From NCBI GenBank assembly GCA_041191405.1, contig JBEEOW010000017.1, positions 10,317 through 74,316 on the forward strand: DNA of 64,000 nt, given 5' to 3'. The position numbers and the translations under genes were made by a program. Positions 9,456-17,874 of the stretch are shown one piece after another. Each line of letters starts with the position of its first letter. Positions within the stretch are counted from its first letter, which is position 1. This DNA is from Bacteroidota bacterium. Lineage in GTDB: Bacteria > Bacteroidota > Bacteroidia > Cytophagales > UBA9547. A model generated the notes under the pieces. That model was not told where the DNA came from, did not search any database, and saw nothing but the letters and a program-made list of their open reading frames with translations.

Positions 9456-10094
9456 ATGGAATTTAACAAAGTAGTGCGTGGAGCAAACCGTGCAGTAAAC
9501 AACGAAGCTTCAGTTTTTGAAATTTTAGATGCAGGATTTTTGTGTCATGTTTCGTTTCAGCATCAAGGTCAAACCATGATGATACCAACAGCTTATGGTA
9601 GAGATGGTGAGTTTGTTTATTTACATGGCTCAACTAAAAATTTTATGTTGAATCAAATTTTAGACGGACAAACCATTTGTATCGGAGTAACCCATTTAGA
9701 CGGAATTGTGCTAGCTCGTACCTTATTTGATACCTCTGTAAATTATCGCTCGGCAGTTTTATTTGGCAAAGTAGAGCTGGTTACAGACGAAGAAGAACGT
9801 TTGTTTGGTTTAAAACTAATCACCGAAAATGTAGTGAAAGGTCGCTGGGACGAAGTATCAATTGGTACCCAAAATGAGCTCAAAGCAACCATGGTTGTAA
9901 AATTCAAAATAGAAAAGGCCTCAGCTAAAGTGTGTACAGGTGGCCCAGCTGGCGACGAAGAACAAACACAAGATATTTGGTCAGGTCATATTCCTTTAGT
10001 TACCAAAGCCCTTGAACCTGTACAAGATATGAAATTCGGCAAAACCTTACCACTTTGCTATTCAGTAAAAAACTATTGGGAAGTGAATAAGTAA
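9456..10094 (+). CDS. Pyridoxamine 5'-phosphate oxidase-family FMN-binding protein
   Basis: 212 aa. Split-barrel pattern CHVSF...PTAYGRDGEFVYLHGS...RSAVLFGKVELV is typical of the PNPOx-like superfamily. Confidence 0.6.
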   Translation: MEFNKVVRGANRAVNNEASVFEILDAGFLCHVSFQHQGQTMMIPTAYGRDGEFVYLHGSTKNFMLNQILDGQTICIGVTHLDGIVLARTLFDTSVNYRSAVLFGKVELVTDEEERLFGLKLITENVVKGRWDEVSIGTQNELKATMVVKFKIEKASAKVCTGGPAGDEEQTQDIWSGHIPLVTKALEPVQDMKFGKTLPLCYSVKNYWEVNK

Positions 10095-10105
10095 GTTTTT
10101 TAAAC

Positions 10106-10908
10106 TTACTTATCCTCAACCAAACCACTTTCTTTTTTTGTCCAAATTAAAATTGGGTACCCAAAAGTAAAACCAATATACGAACCTCTTGATGCAATAT
10201 CAGCGGTGTATTTATATTGGTTATTAAATTTAAAAGTAAATTTTGCACTTTCCATTACATTTAAACCTTGGTTATACCAAAGCAACATTGATAATCGTTC
10301 TTTACCTGCATGATAAAACAAAAATCTAACACCCGCCTGTAAACTAGCTCCGTACCAATTTGGCTTTTTGAATTCATACCAATATTCCCCCTTGTCATAT
10401 ATTAAAGGTGCAGAAGTTGTATCTTTCATTGATAAACATTACCTCTAATTGTAAACCCCAAACCTAAAAAAGGAGATATTGACATATTTAAGAGATAGCG
10501 TCGTTTCTCATTCAGTTTTATTGGAAACATTGACCTAATTCTTCCATTTTTAAAAATAGTAAATGTAATATAATGTTGCTCTATCCCTTCATTTGAGATT
10601 AATTTAGGGTTTGCATAAGGGTTATTACTCCCCGAATTTGGTTTCATTTTTACAGAGAGATTTGCTTCGCCCAGTTTATAACCAATTGCATAATCATATT
10701 TTTTTGTTTTATAATTTAAATCAGTCGAGAAACAAAAATTAACATCAGTGAAATTTTCGGAACTTAAAACTTTATTGTTTGGTTTTTGATTACTTATTTT
10801 ACATTAAAAACTGCCAAGCCCAGCTTGAGGGCTAATAGTTATTTTTTGAGCAAATGCATTAGTGGCAAATAATGTTGCACAAATAAGTATCAATTTTGTT
10901 CTGTTCAT
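10106..10908 (-). pseudogene. Disrupted outer-membrane beta-barrel (porin-family-like) gene: in-frame TAA plus a frameshift
   Basis: ATG at 10908-10906 gives signal peptide MNRTKLILICATLFATNAFAQKITISPQAGLGSF, then an in-frame TAA at 10806-10804. The same frame reopens and runs to 10426. The last 107 codons (10429-10106) are in a different frame. The pieces add up to ~268 aa of beta-rich sequence. Confidence 0.6.
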
Positions 10909-11108
10909 AATAAATAATTTTATTATTTGGAAACTTCTAGATAAGCGATACTTGAACTTAATATTGTATAAAGTGTATTTTAATTATTTGTTAAATATGT
11001 TAGATGGATTTAAAAATTAATAATTTAACTTTATATTATAACTAGATTATATCCTATATAAACTTAGGTTAGTTTAATTATTTTCACAACGAAAATAACA
11101 TTTACTAA

Positions 11109-11179
11109 GGCTACGCTCAACCAACGTAAACGCTATTTTTCGAGTAAATTCAACTCGAATACGGTCACTGAGCGTAGCC
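11109..11179. repeat. Nested palindromic element (11-bp outer stem, 6-bp inner stem)
   Basis: GGCTACGCTCA (11109-11119) pairs with TGAGCGTAGCC (11169-11179). Inner hairpin TCGAGT (11140-45) / ACTCGA (11153-58). GC-rich island in AT-rich non-coding DNA. Confidence 0.6.
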
Positions 11180-11311
11180 GAAGTGTTAGTTTTCGCTAGA
11201 TCAATTAAGAAAAACAATTGATATTATATTTTACTAATTGAAATTATAAGAAAATATCCTAATTCTCAATTTCAAGAAAGGGGATATTTTTTGACTCTTT
11301 AGTCTAAAAAT

Positions 11312-11770
11312 TTACAAAATCGTTTTCAACGCAAAAATTACCCCTGCATGGTAGCCTTCATGGTGATAACTATACATTATTGCATCATTAATATTTTGTA
11401 ATTCAAGTCCTGCCGAAGTCATATAAGCTTCATAGTTGTTGAATTTTTCTGCTTTAAGGTCAGCCTCAAAAGCATCAACAGTTGATAATGCCAACGCTTT
11501 TAATGTTTCAACATCAATAGGAGATGTCCAATCAGCAGGCGACGAAGCCTTTTTGAATGAATCAACCAATGCCGAAGGAATTTGCAATGGCACATTTGCT
11601 TTAGCATAACATAACAATTGTTGCGAAACAATGATATGTCCAAAATTCCAAAGAATATTATTGTTAAACCCCTTCGGAATAGTAGTTAATTGCTCAGTAC
11701 TTAAACCCTCTATTGCATTAACTAATTGATTTCTTGTGGTTCTCAATGAACCTATTACAGATGATATCAT
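11312..11770 (-). CDS. DinB-family (DinB_2/YfiT-like) four-helix-bundle protein
   Basis: 152 aa. Conserved His pattern WNFGHI...YHHEGYHAG is typical of the DinB superfamily. Confidence 0.65.
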   Translation of the reverse strand: MISSVIGSLRTTRNQLVNAIEGLSTEQLTTIPKGFNNNILWNFGHIIVSQQLLCYAKANVPLQIPSALVDSFKKASSPADWTSPIDVETLKALALSTVDAFEADLKAEKFNNYEAYMTSAGLELQNINDAIMYSYHHEGYHAGVIFALKTIL

Positions 11771-11782
11771 ATATTTATATTA

Positions 11783-11825
11783 GTTTTCGGTTGTCAGTTT
11801 ATTAGTTTTCAGTTGATAGTTTCTA
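11783..11825. repeat. GT-rich degenerate heptamer tract
   Basis: GTTTTCG GTTGTCA GTTTATTA GTTTTCA GTTGATA GTTTCTA, which also reads as a ~22-nt direct repeat. On the sense (minus) strand it is an AC-rich, G-poor leader directly upstream of the DinB-family ATG. Confidence 0.6.
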
Positions 11826-11955
11826 TAAATCTGTAAATAATTTTATGTACTCGTTTTTTGTAGTAAATATTTTTTAATATTCAATTTCTCTTTTCACGTT
11901 GACAACGGTCCAAATACCTTGTCAACCGTAATTTTAATTGAGCTACTACATATTA

Positions 11956-11995
11956 CAGACTACTGAAAACTGAAAACTCAAAAAAACTAAAAACC
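11956..11995. repeat. AC-rich degenerate heptamer tract overlapping the trpS stop codon
   Basis: CAGACTA CTGAAAA CTGAAAA CTCAAAA AAACTAA AAACC. Contains ACTGAAAACT, the exact reverse complement of AGTTTTCAGT in the 11783-11825 tract. Confidence 0.6.
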
Positions 11996-12955
11996 AGTCA
12001 ATTCTCTTACTTTCTTCAAAATTGGCAACGAAATAGCTCTTGCTTTTTGAGCACCAACTTTTAGAGCTTCTTCAATTTCGTTGGTATTAGCCATGTAATA
12101 ATTGAATTTTTCACGTTCAACAGCATATTTTTCTTTAATCAAATCAAATAAAGCTTGTTTTGCATGACCATATCCAAAATTCCCAGCTAAATATTTTGCT
12201 CTTAACTCTTCAATCTGAGCATCATTTCCTATAACCGAATATATTTTAAACACATTACAAGTATCAGGATTTTTTGGCTCTTCTAACGGAGTTGAATCTG
12301 TTTGAATGGTTTTAATAACTTTTAATAACTCTTTGTCAGGCAAGAAAATATCAATAAAATTTCCATACGATTTACTCATTTTCTGCCCATCTGTGCCGGG
12401 AATAGTCATTATTTTTTCATCCACTTTAGCTTGTGGTAACACCAAAGTTTCGCCGTATTGCAAGTTAAATTTAGTAGCTATATCTCTAGCCATTTCAAGG
12501 TGCTGAATTTGATCTTTACCAACAGGCACAATTTCAGCAGCATACATTAAAATATCCGCAGCCATCAATACAGGGTAAGTAAACAAACCCGCATTTACGT
12601 CAGCCAATTTTTCAGATTTATCCTTAAACGAATGTGCATTTGCAAGCATTGGGAAAGGAGTGAGGCAGTTTAAATACCAAGTAAGTTCGCACACTTCAGG
12701 AATATCCGATTGGCGATAAAAAACATTTTTATTTACATCAAATCCAAAAGCAAGCCACGCAGCAGCTGTTGAATACACATTTTGTTTTCTAGTTTCGCCG
12801 TCTCTTAAAGTGGTAAAAGAGTGTAAGTCAGCAATAAAAAATAGCGATTCGTTACCTTCTTTTTCAGATAATTTTATTGCAGGAATAATTGCTCCCAATA
12901 AGTTACCTAAATGTGGGCGTCCTGAACTTTGAACACCAGTTAATATTCTAGCCAT
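11987..12955 (-). CDS. trpS: Tryptophan--tRNA ligase
   Basis: 322 aa. Class I HIGH-like GRPHLGN and KMSKS motifs. Overall TrpRS pattern (ILTGVQSSG..., PVLMAADIL). Confidence 0.95.
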   Translation of the reverse strand: MARILTGVQSSGRPHLGNLLGAIIPAIKLSEKEGNESLFFIADLHSFTTLRDGETRKQNVYSTAAAWLAFGFDVNKNVFYRQSDIPEVCELTWYLNCLTPFPMLANAHSFKDKSEKLADVNAGLFTYPVLMAADILMYAAEIVPVGKDQIQHLEMARDIATKFNLQYGETLVLPQAKVDEKIMTIPGTDGQKMSKSYGNFIDIFLPDKELLKVIKTIQTDSTPLEEPKNPDTCNVFKIYSVIGNDAQIEELRAKYLAGNFGYGHAKQALFDLIKEKYAVEREKFNYYMANTNEIEEALKVGAQKARAISLPILKKVRELTGF

Positions 12956-13075
12956 ATAAATTTGAAATAAAACTCTGAAATTTGCTGCAAATTATGCAAA
13001 TATTTATTATTCACCATAATTGATGTGAAACATATCTTTTTTCTCTATTTTTGTTGAATTGAAAAAGATTGATTT

Positions 13076-14167
13076 ATGAAAAAGATAGTTGTATTAATTA
13101 GTTTAATTTTTAGTGTAATCTCAATGGTTGTGGCACAAAATCAGTTGGTTAAGTTCGAAACCAATTTGTATGATTTTGGAAAAATAAAAGAAGAAGCAAT
13201 CGAACATACTTATGAATTTAAGTTTGCAAATACATCTTCAACTAAAATTTTAATATCGAATGTAATTGCAAGTTGTGGTTGCACTACGCCAACTTGGACA
13301 AAAGATAGCGTTTCTGCTGGCAAAAGTGGCTTTATAAAAGCCGTTTTCAACTCAACCAATCGTCCGGGTTTGTTTGAAAAAACTTTGAAAGTAGTAGTAA
13401 GTTCTCCTACCAAAACTGATACTATTCAATTGGGAATCAAAGGTGAGGTAATGCCCAAACCAAGAACAGGAAAACTTGATTTTCCCGATAAATTGGGAGC
13501 ACTTCGTGTACAATCTCGTTATTTTAATCTTGGAAATGTAAAAACTACAGACAAACCTGCTGAATTTAATTTTGGTATTTATAACGATACCACTTTTGAT
13601 TTAACATTAAAAGTGAAAAGTTTACCAATGCCAAAATACATGAATGTGCAACTTGACCCTGAAGTGCTAAAGCCAGGACAAAGAGGGAATATTAAAATTA
13701 CATTCAATGCAAAAGAACGTGGTGATTATGGTTATGTGTCTGATTATTTTGAACTTGAAACAAATGAAGAGTCAGGTGCTAGTAAATTGATTTATATTGC
13801 TACAACTGTTGAAGAATATTTTCCGCCAATGACTGAAGCGCAACTAGCCTTTGCTCCTAAAATGGCTGTTGATAAAAAAGAATACGATTTCAGAACTGTA
13901 CGTGAAGGAGAATTAGCAAAAGTTGCATTTGTTTTAACAAACACAGGCAAAACAGAATTAGTTATCCGTAAAACAAAAGCAAGTTGTGGTTGTACTGCAT
14001 CTGAACCTGAGAAAAGTAACTTAGCTCCTGGCGAATCAACTAATATTAATGTAACATTTAATTCAGAAGGAAGGTCAGGAACGCAAACAAAAACTATTAC
14101 AGTTTTTACAAACGATCCAACTTCACCTGTTCAATATTTAACAATTAAAGCTTTTGTTGTTAAATAG
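13076..14167 (+). CDS. Secreted tandem DUF1573 domain protein
   Basis: Signal peptide. Two copies of the DUF1573 signature (ASCGCTTPTW...; ASCGCTASEP...) with the Ig-like F.F.N.G pattern. Confidence 0.75.
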   Translation: MKKIVVLISLIFSVISMVVAQNQLVKFETNLYDFGKIKEEAIEHTYEFKFANTSSTKILISNVIASCGCTTPTWTKDSVSAGKSGFIKAVFNSTNRPGLFEKTLKVVVSSPTKTDTIQLGIKGEVMPKPRTGKLDFPDKLGALRVQSRYFNLGNVKTTDKPAEFNFGIYNDTTFDLTLKVKSLPMPKYMNVQLDPEVLKPGQRGNIKITFNAKERGDYGYVSDYFELETNEESGASKLIYIATTVEEYFPPMTEAQLAFAPKMAVDKKEYDFRTVREGELAKVAFVLTNTGKTELVIRKTKASCGCTASEPEKSNLAPGESTNINVTFNSEGRSGTQTKTITVFTNDPTSPVQYLTIKAFVVK

Positions 14168-14302
14168 TAGAGCTTTAAATTAATATAAAATCAAGTATTT
14201 ATAAATTTAATTATAAAAAATATGTAAATACTTGTAACTTGTTTCCTGAAATTCGTACAAGCTAATTACTAAGAATAAATTGTTCAATTAAAACATATTG
14301 TT

Positions 14303-15013
14303 ATGAAACGTTTAATTATTGCATTCTCACTATTATTTACTTCAATTTTTAGAGTTTCTGCTCAAGATTCTCAAAAAGAGCAATTGAATTCAGATGCATA
14401 TGAAGTAATAATCCAATATTTAGATGGTACTTCCGAAACCATTCAGTCTGAATTTTATGCAGATGAAATTACAGGGAAACCATTTTTATTTAAAAACAGT
14501 TGCGAGCGAATCTATGCTGATCAAACAAAGCAATTGATTGTAAAAAATTCAAAAAATGAAGTTGAAAAAGCAATTTCTTTTGATAACTCTTGGTACTTTG
14601 AAGTTGAGGAGTTATCAGGACCTAAATTGAAAGTATATAATGATCGTCCTTACAAACAATCTATTAAAAGTTATTATTTTAGAAAAGGCGATGGACCATT
14701 TTTAGCATACAGTGGTCACAACGTACATGATGTTTTTGGAGATAATCCTTTTGCTTACAAATACGCACAAAAACATTTGTTACTTAGAGATATTAGGTCT
14801 TTTGCAACTTACGGTTCTGCTGTGGGAGGCTTAGTATGTTTGTTTACACTTAAAGGATTAGTAGTTGTAGGTTCTGCATCATTACCTGCTTCATTATTAG
14901 TATTTGGAGGAGCAATTGTAGTTTCTTCTGTAGCGTATCCTTTATTAAGAGGTCCATCAGATAAAGCACTTATCAAAGCAATCAAGATTTATAACGGTCA
15001 AAAAGTTGAATAA
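14303..15013 (+). CDS. Hypothetical secreted/membrane protein (signal peptide, two C-terminal TM helices)
   Basis: Signal peptide ending VSAQ and hydrophobic C-terminal segments. I recognise no family. The 3' end overlaps the convergent gene by 32 nt. Confidence 0.5.
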   Translation: MKRLIIAFSLLFTSIFRVSAQDSQKEQLNSDAYEVIIQYLDGTSETIQSEFYADEITGKPFLFKNSCERIYADQTKQLIVKNSKNEVEKAISFDNSWYFEVEELSGPKLKVYNDRPYKQSIKSYYFRKGDGPFLAYSGHNVHDVFGDNPFAYKYAQKHLLLRDIRSFATYGSAVGGLVCLFTLKGLVVVGSASLPASLLVFGGAIVVSSVAYPLLRGPSDKALIKAIKIYNGQKVE

Positions 15014-15635
15014 ACTTTTGTAATTCAGATATTGGATTGGGAGCTAACCAAATAGCTCCCAAAATTCCAGCTCCTTTAAAATGTAACGATTTTAATTTTT
15101 CAATATTTTCTAAACTTACGCCGCCTAAAGCAATAGCATTTTGTGTTGATAAATTTAAATGAATCAATTCATCTTCATTAAAGTTTCCTTCGTAATTTTG
15201 CTTTGATATACTTTTAAATATCGGACTTATAAAATAATACTCAAACCTTTCTCCATTTTTTATAGCATCTTCAATCTTGTGAAATGAAGTTGAAATCACC
15301 TTTTTGTAATCAATTTGAATTGGTCTATCTTTTTCTTTTAAATGAAACCCTTTTAGGTTTTTGAATTCTTTGATTAACTCATGATGTTCGTGAATAACAA
15401 TTCTATTGTGGAAATTTTCATTTATTGATTCAATAAAAATTCTGTACTCAACTTTTGATAAACTTGGTTTTCGGAGATGAAATACAAAAGCTGTATTTTT
15501 AAAAAAATAGTCAATTATTGCTAACTCATTATTAAGGTTAGTTTCTGAACTAATTAAAATTAAATCTTTAAAGTGATTCATAGTCAGTTCGTTGAGTTTT
15601 TTGTAGGATTCTGCAAGAATCCTCTTTTGTTTCAT
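14982..15635 (-). CDS. Thiamine-phosphate synthase (ThiE/TenI) family protein
   Basis: TMP-TENI-like C-terminus ISPIFKSISK...ALGGVSLENIEKL...GAGILGAIW. An alternative start at M19 (15581) is possible because codons 5-11 form the hairpin AGGATTC-TTGCA-GAATCCT. Confidence 0.65.
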   Translation of the reverse strand: MKQKRILAESYKKLNELTMNHFKDLILISSETNLNNELAIIDYFFKNTAFVFHLRKPSLSKVEYRIFIESINENFHNRIVIHEHHELIKEFKNLKGFHLKEKDRPIQIDYKKVISTSFHKIEDAIKNGERFEYYFISPIFKSISKQNYEGNFNEDELIHLNLSTQNAIALGGVSLENIEKLKSLHFKGAGILGAIWLAPNPISELQKFIQLFDRYKS

Positions 15636-15720
15636 TAAAAATTTTAAATCAATCTGTTTGTTTTTAATCTTCTAATCTATAATCCTATGTGGCAGATAGT
15701 TGATTAATTTAAATAAGTCT

Positions 15721-15758
15721 AAAATAAAAAAAAGCGTTAAGAAAACTTCTTAACGCTT
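15721..15758 (-). terminator. Rho-independent terminator downstream of tRNA-Met
   Basis: 12-bp stem AAGCGTTAAGAA/TTCTTAACGCTT (15732-15758), followed on the minus strand by TTTTTTTATTTT. Confidence 0.8.
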
Positions 15759-15762
15759 TGTG

Positions 15763-15836
15763 TAGCGAAAACGGGATTTGAACCCGTGACCTCAGGGTTA
15801 TGAATCCTGCGCTCTAACCAACTGAGCTACCTCGCC
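15763..15836 (-). tRNA. tRNA-Met (anticodon CAT); elongator versus lysidine-modified Ile2 identity not resolved
   Basis: Hand-folded 74-nt cloverleaf: GGCGAGG-TA-GCTC-AGTTGGTTA-GAGC-G-CAGGA-TTCATAA-CCCTG-AGGTC-ACGGG-TTCAAAT-CCCGT-TTTCGCT-A. Canonical D and T arms. CCA is not encoded. Confidence 0.85.
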
Positions 15837-15849
15837 ATTTTTGAGAACA

Positions 15850-15857
15850 CAAAGGTA
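15850..15857 (-). promoter_or_regulatory. Candidate Bacteroidota sigma-A -7 box (TACCTTTG) for the tRNA gene
   Basis: Matches the TAnnTTTG consensus on the minus strand, 13 nt upstream of the tRNA 5' end. Confidence 0.5.
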
Positions 15858-15949
15858 GCCTTTTTTTCTTAAAGTCAAAATATAATTGCCAATTTTACGT
15901 TTAAAAAATCAAAAAATAAATTGATGACTCAAATTTCACTTATTTAATT

Positions 15950-15957
15950 TATATTTG
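15950..15957 (+). promoter_or_regulatory. Candidate -7 box (TATATTTG) for the LptF/LptG-family gene
   Basis: TAnnTTTG match 29 nt upstream of the ATG at 15986. Confidence 0.4.
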
Positions 15958-15985
15958 GACTTCCTTTGCGATTCTCGTTTTTTTA

Positions 15986-17395
15986 ATGAAAAAGATAGAT
16001 AAATTAGTATTTAAAGCATTCATCGGGCCATTTATTTTAACATTGGCTGTAGTGATATTTATACTCTTAACCCAACAAATGATTCGTTATTTCGAAGATT
16101 TTATTGGGAAAGGTCTTGGTTTTGAAGTGTATGCTGAATTATGTTACTATTTTAGTTTAACATTAACACCTATGGCTTTGCCTTTAGCAATTTTGATTGC
16201 TTCATTAATGACATATGGTAATTTAGGAGAACATTTTGAGTTGACTGCAATTAAAAGTGCAGGAATTTCTATGGTCAGAACCTTATTGCCAATTTTTGTT
16301 TTTGTGCTATTGCTGACTTACGTAGGGTATTTGTTTAATAATATAGTAGTTCCTTATGCAAATTTAAAGGCTTATAGTTTACTGTATGATATTAGGCAAC
16401 AAAAACCAAGTTTAGATTTGAAAGAAGGTGGATTTTATAATGGAATTCCTGGTTATAGTATTAAAGTTGCAAAAAAGTACCCTGATGGGAAAACACTAAA
16501 AGGGGTAATAATATATGATCATTCTGAAGCAAGAGGCAATACTGATGTTATTCTTGCCGACTCAGGGATTATGCAAACAGTTTTACATGACCAATATCTT
16601 GAATTAAAATTGTTTAATGGTAACCAATACAGTGAAGTTGCTAATGCAAACAATGCTCCTACAAATGAATTTATTAAAAGTAAATTTGATAAAACCAATA
16701 TCATGTTTAGTTTGGAGTCGTTTAATATGCAACGTACTGATGAAGAGTTATTTAAAACAAATAAGATAATGCTATCTGTGGATAAGCTTAAGTTTGCTGT
16801 GGATTCAATTAGAAAAGATAGAGATACTATGATTACATCATTATATCCTAACTTAAAACCATTTTTTAATTTTAACTTGAGAGACGATAGGAAATTTGAC
16901 ACAACAATAACAGCAAAAGTGCCTGATTATTCAAAACTTACGCAAGAACAAAAAATTAGAATTTTGGGAAATGCTATAAATAATGCTAGGAATGTTGCAA
17001 ATTGGACCGAAAGTTTCAAGTCTAGAATTCAAACTTTGAGTAGAGATGCAAATGATTTTGATATTGAAAGAGTAAGGAAGTATTCGCAATCAATAGCAAT
17101 AATTATTATGTTTTTAATTGGGGCTCCTCTAGGAGCAATTATTAAAAAAGGAGGTTTAGGTGTGCCTATATTGGTGTCTGTGATTTTCTTTATTGTATAT
17201 TTTGTGTTAATGACTTTAGGTCAAAAATACGCTAAAGAAGGAGTTTTGTCAGTATTAAATGGAATTTGGATGGCCAATTATGCATTGCTACCCTTCGGAT
17301 TGTTCTTTTTAAAACAAGCTCGAACAGATTCAAGGTTATTTGAACTTGATTATTTTTCAGTAATGTGGGATAGATTGAAATTGAAATTTAAGTAG
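15986..17395 (+). CDS. LptF/LptG (YjgP/YjgQ) family LPS export permease
   Basis: 469 aa. N-terminal FKAFIGPFILTLAVVIFIL and the family's 3+3 TM topology with a large periplasmic loop. Confidence 0.8.
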   Translation: MKKIDKLVFKAFIGPFILTLAVVIFILLTQQMIRYFEDFIGKGLGFEVYAELCYYFSLTLTPMALPLAILIASLMTYGNLGEHFELTAIKSAGISMVRTLLPIFVFVLLLTYVGYLFNNIVVPYANLKAYSLLYDIRQQKPSLDLKEGGFYNGIPGYSIKVAKKYPDGKTLKGVIIYDHSEARGNTDVILADSGIMQTVLHDQYLELKLFNGNQYSEVANANNAPTNEFIKSKFDKTNIMFSLESFNMQRTDEELFKTNKIMLSVDKLKFAVDSIRKDRDTMITSLYPNLKPFFNFNLRDDRKFDTTITAKVPDYSKLTQEQKIRILGNAINNARNVANWTESFKSRIQTLSRDANDFDIERVRKYSQSIAIIIMFLIGAPLGAIIKKGGLGVPILVSVIFFIVYFVLMTLGQKYAKEGVLSVLNGIWMANYALLPFGLFFLKQARTDSRLFELDYFSVMWDRLKLKFK

Positions 17396-17437
17396 TAATA
17401 AAATTATATAAAGATTTTATTTACACAATTAATTCAT

Positions 17438-17445
17438 TATCTTTG
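17438..17445 (+). promoter_or_regulatory. Candidate -7 box (TATCTTTG) for rpsO
   Basis: TAnnTTTG match 35 nt upstream of the rpsO ATG. Confidence 0.45.
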
Positions 17446-17479
17446 CAAGCTAGTAAGTAGAATTACAAAATTATATAAG

Positions 17480-17755
17480 ATGTATTTAAACAAAGAATTC
17501 AAGGAAGAGATTTTTGCAAAAAACAGTCCAGCTAAATCTAAAACTGACACTGGTTCTGTAGAATCTCAAGTGGCATTGTTTACTGCTCGTATTAATCATT
17601 TAAATGAGCATTTAAAACAAAACCACAAAGACTATTCTACCCGTCTTGGCTTATTAAAGCTAGTGGGCAAGAGAAGAAGCCTATTAGATTATCTTAATAG
17701 AAAAGATGTGGCGAGATACAGAGCATTAATTGCTGAGTTGGGTATTAGAAAATAA
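17480..17755 (+). CDS. rpsO: 30S ribosomal protein S15
   Basis: 91 aa. [48 protein letters not shown] is the S15 signature. Confidence 0.95.
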   Translation: MYLNKEFKEEIFAKNSPAKSKTDTGSVESQVALFTARINHLNEHLKQNHKDYSTRLGLLKLVGKRRSLLDYLNRKDVARYRALIAELGIRK

Positions 17756-17779
17756 TATTTCTATCCAATATAAAAGGAC

Positions 17780-17820
17780 AAAAGGGGATTCTGCAAAGAG
17801 TTCCCTTTTGTTTCTTTTAT
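17780..17820 (+). terminator. rpsO-pnp intergenic hairpin with T-tract (terminator/attenuator)
   Basis: ~12-bp stem AAAAGGGGATTC / GAGTTCCCTTTT with two wobble pairs, then TTTTGTTTCTTTT. Its position matches the classical rpsO terminator and pnp leader. Confidence 0.6.
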
Positions 17821-17874
17821 CAAGTATTGAAAAAAGCCTTTTAGATTGATTCATTTCCAATTAAAAAATATTTT

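Noticed and set aside
14982-15013. 32-nt convergent overlap between the 236-aa hypothetical gene and the ThiE-like gene as a regulatory antisense arrangement
   Set aside because: Short 3'-3' overlaps are common in compact genomes, and no additional structure or motif supports a specific mechanism.
15636-15762. TPP riboswitch upstream of the ThiE-like gene
   Set aside because: I could not find the conserved CUGAGA/ACCUGA core or a plausible P1-P5 architecture. The region is short and contains the tRNA terminator.
17399-17481. Direct repeat AAAATTATATAA(A)GAT at 17400-17415 and 17466-17481; the second copy spans the rpsO ATG
   Set aside because: It is only ~12-13 nt of pure A/T in AT-rich DNA, so chance recurrence is plausible. 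I saw no supporting structure.
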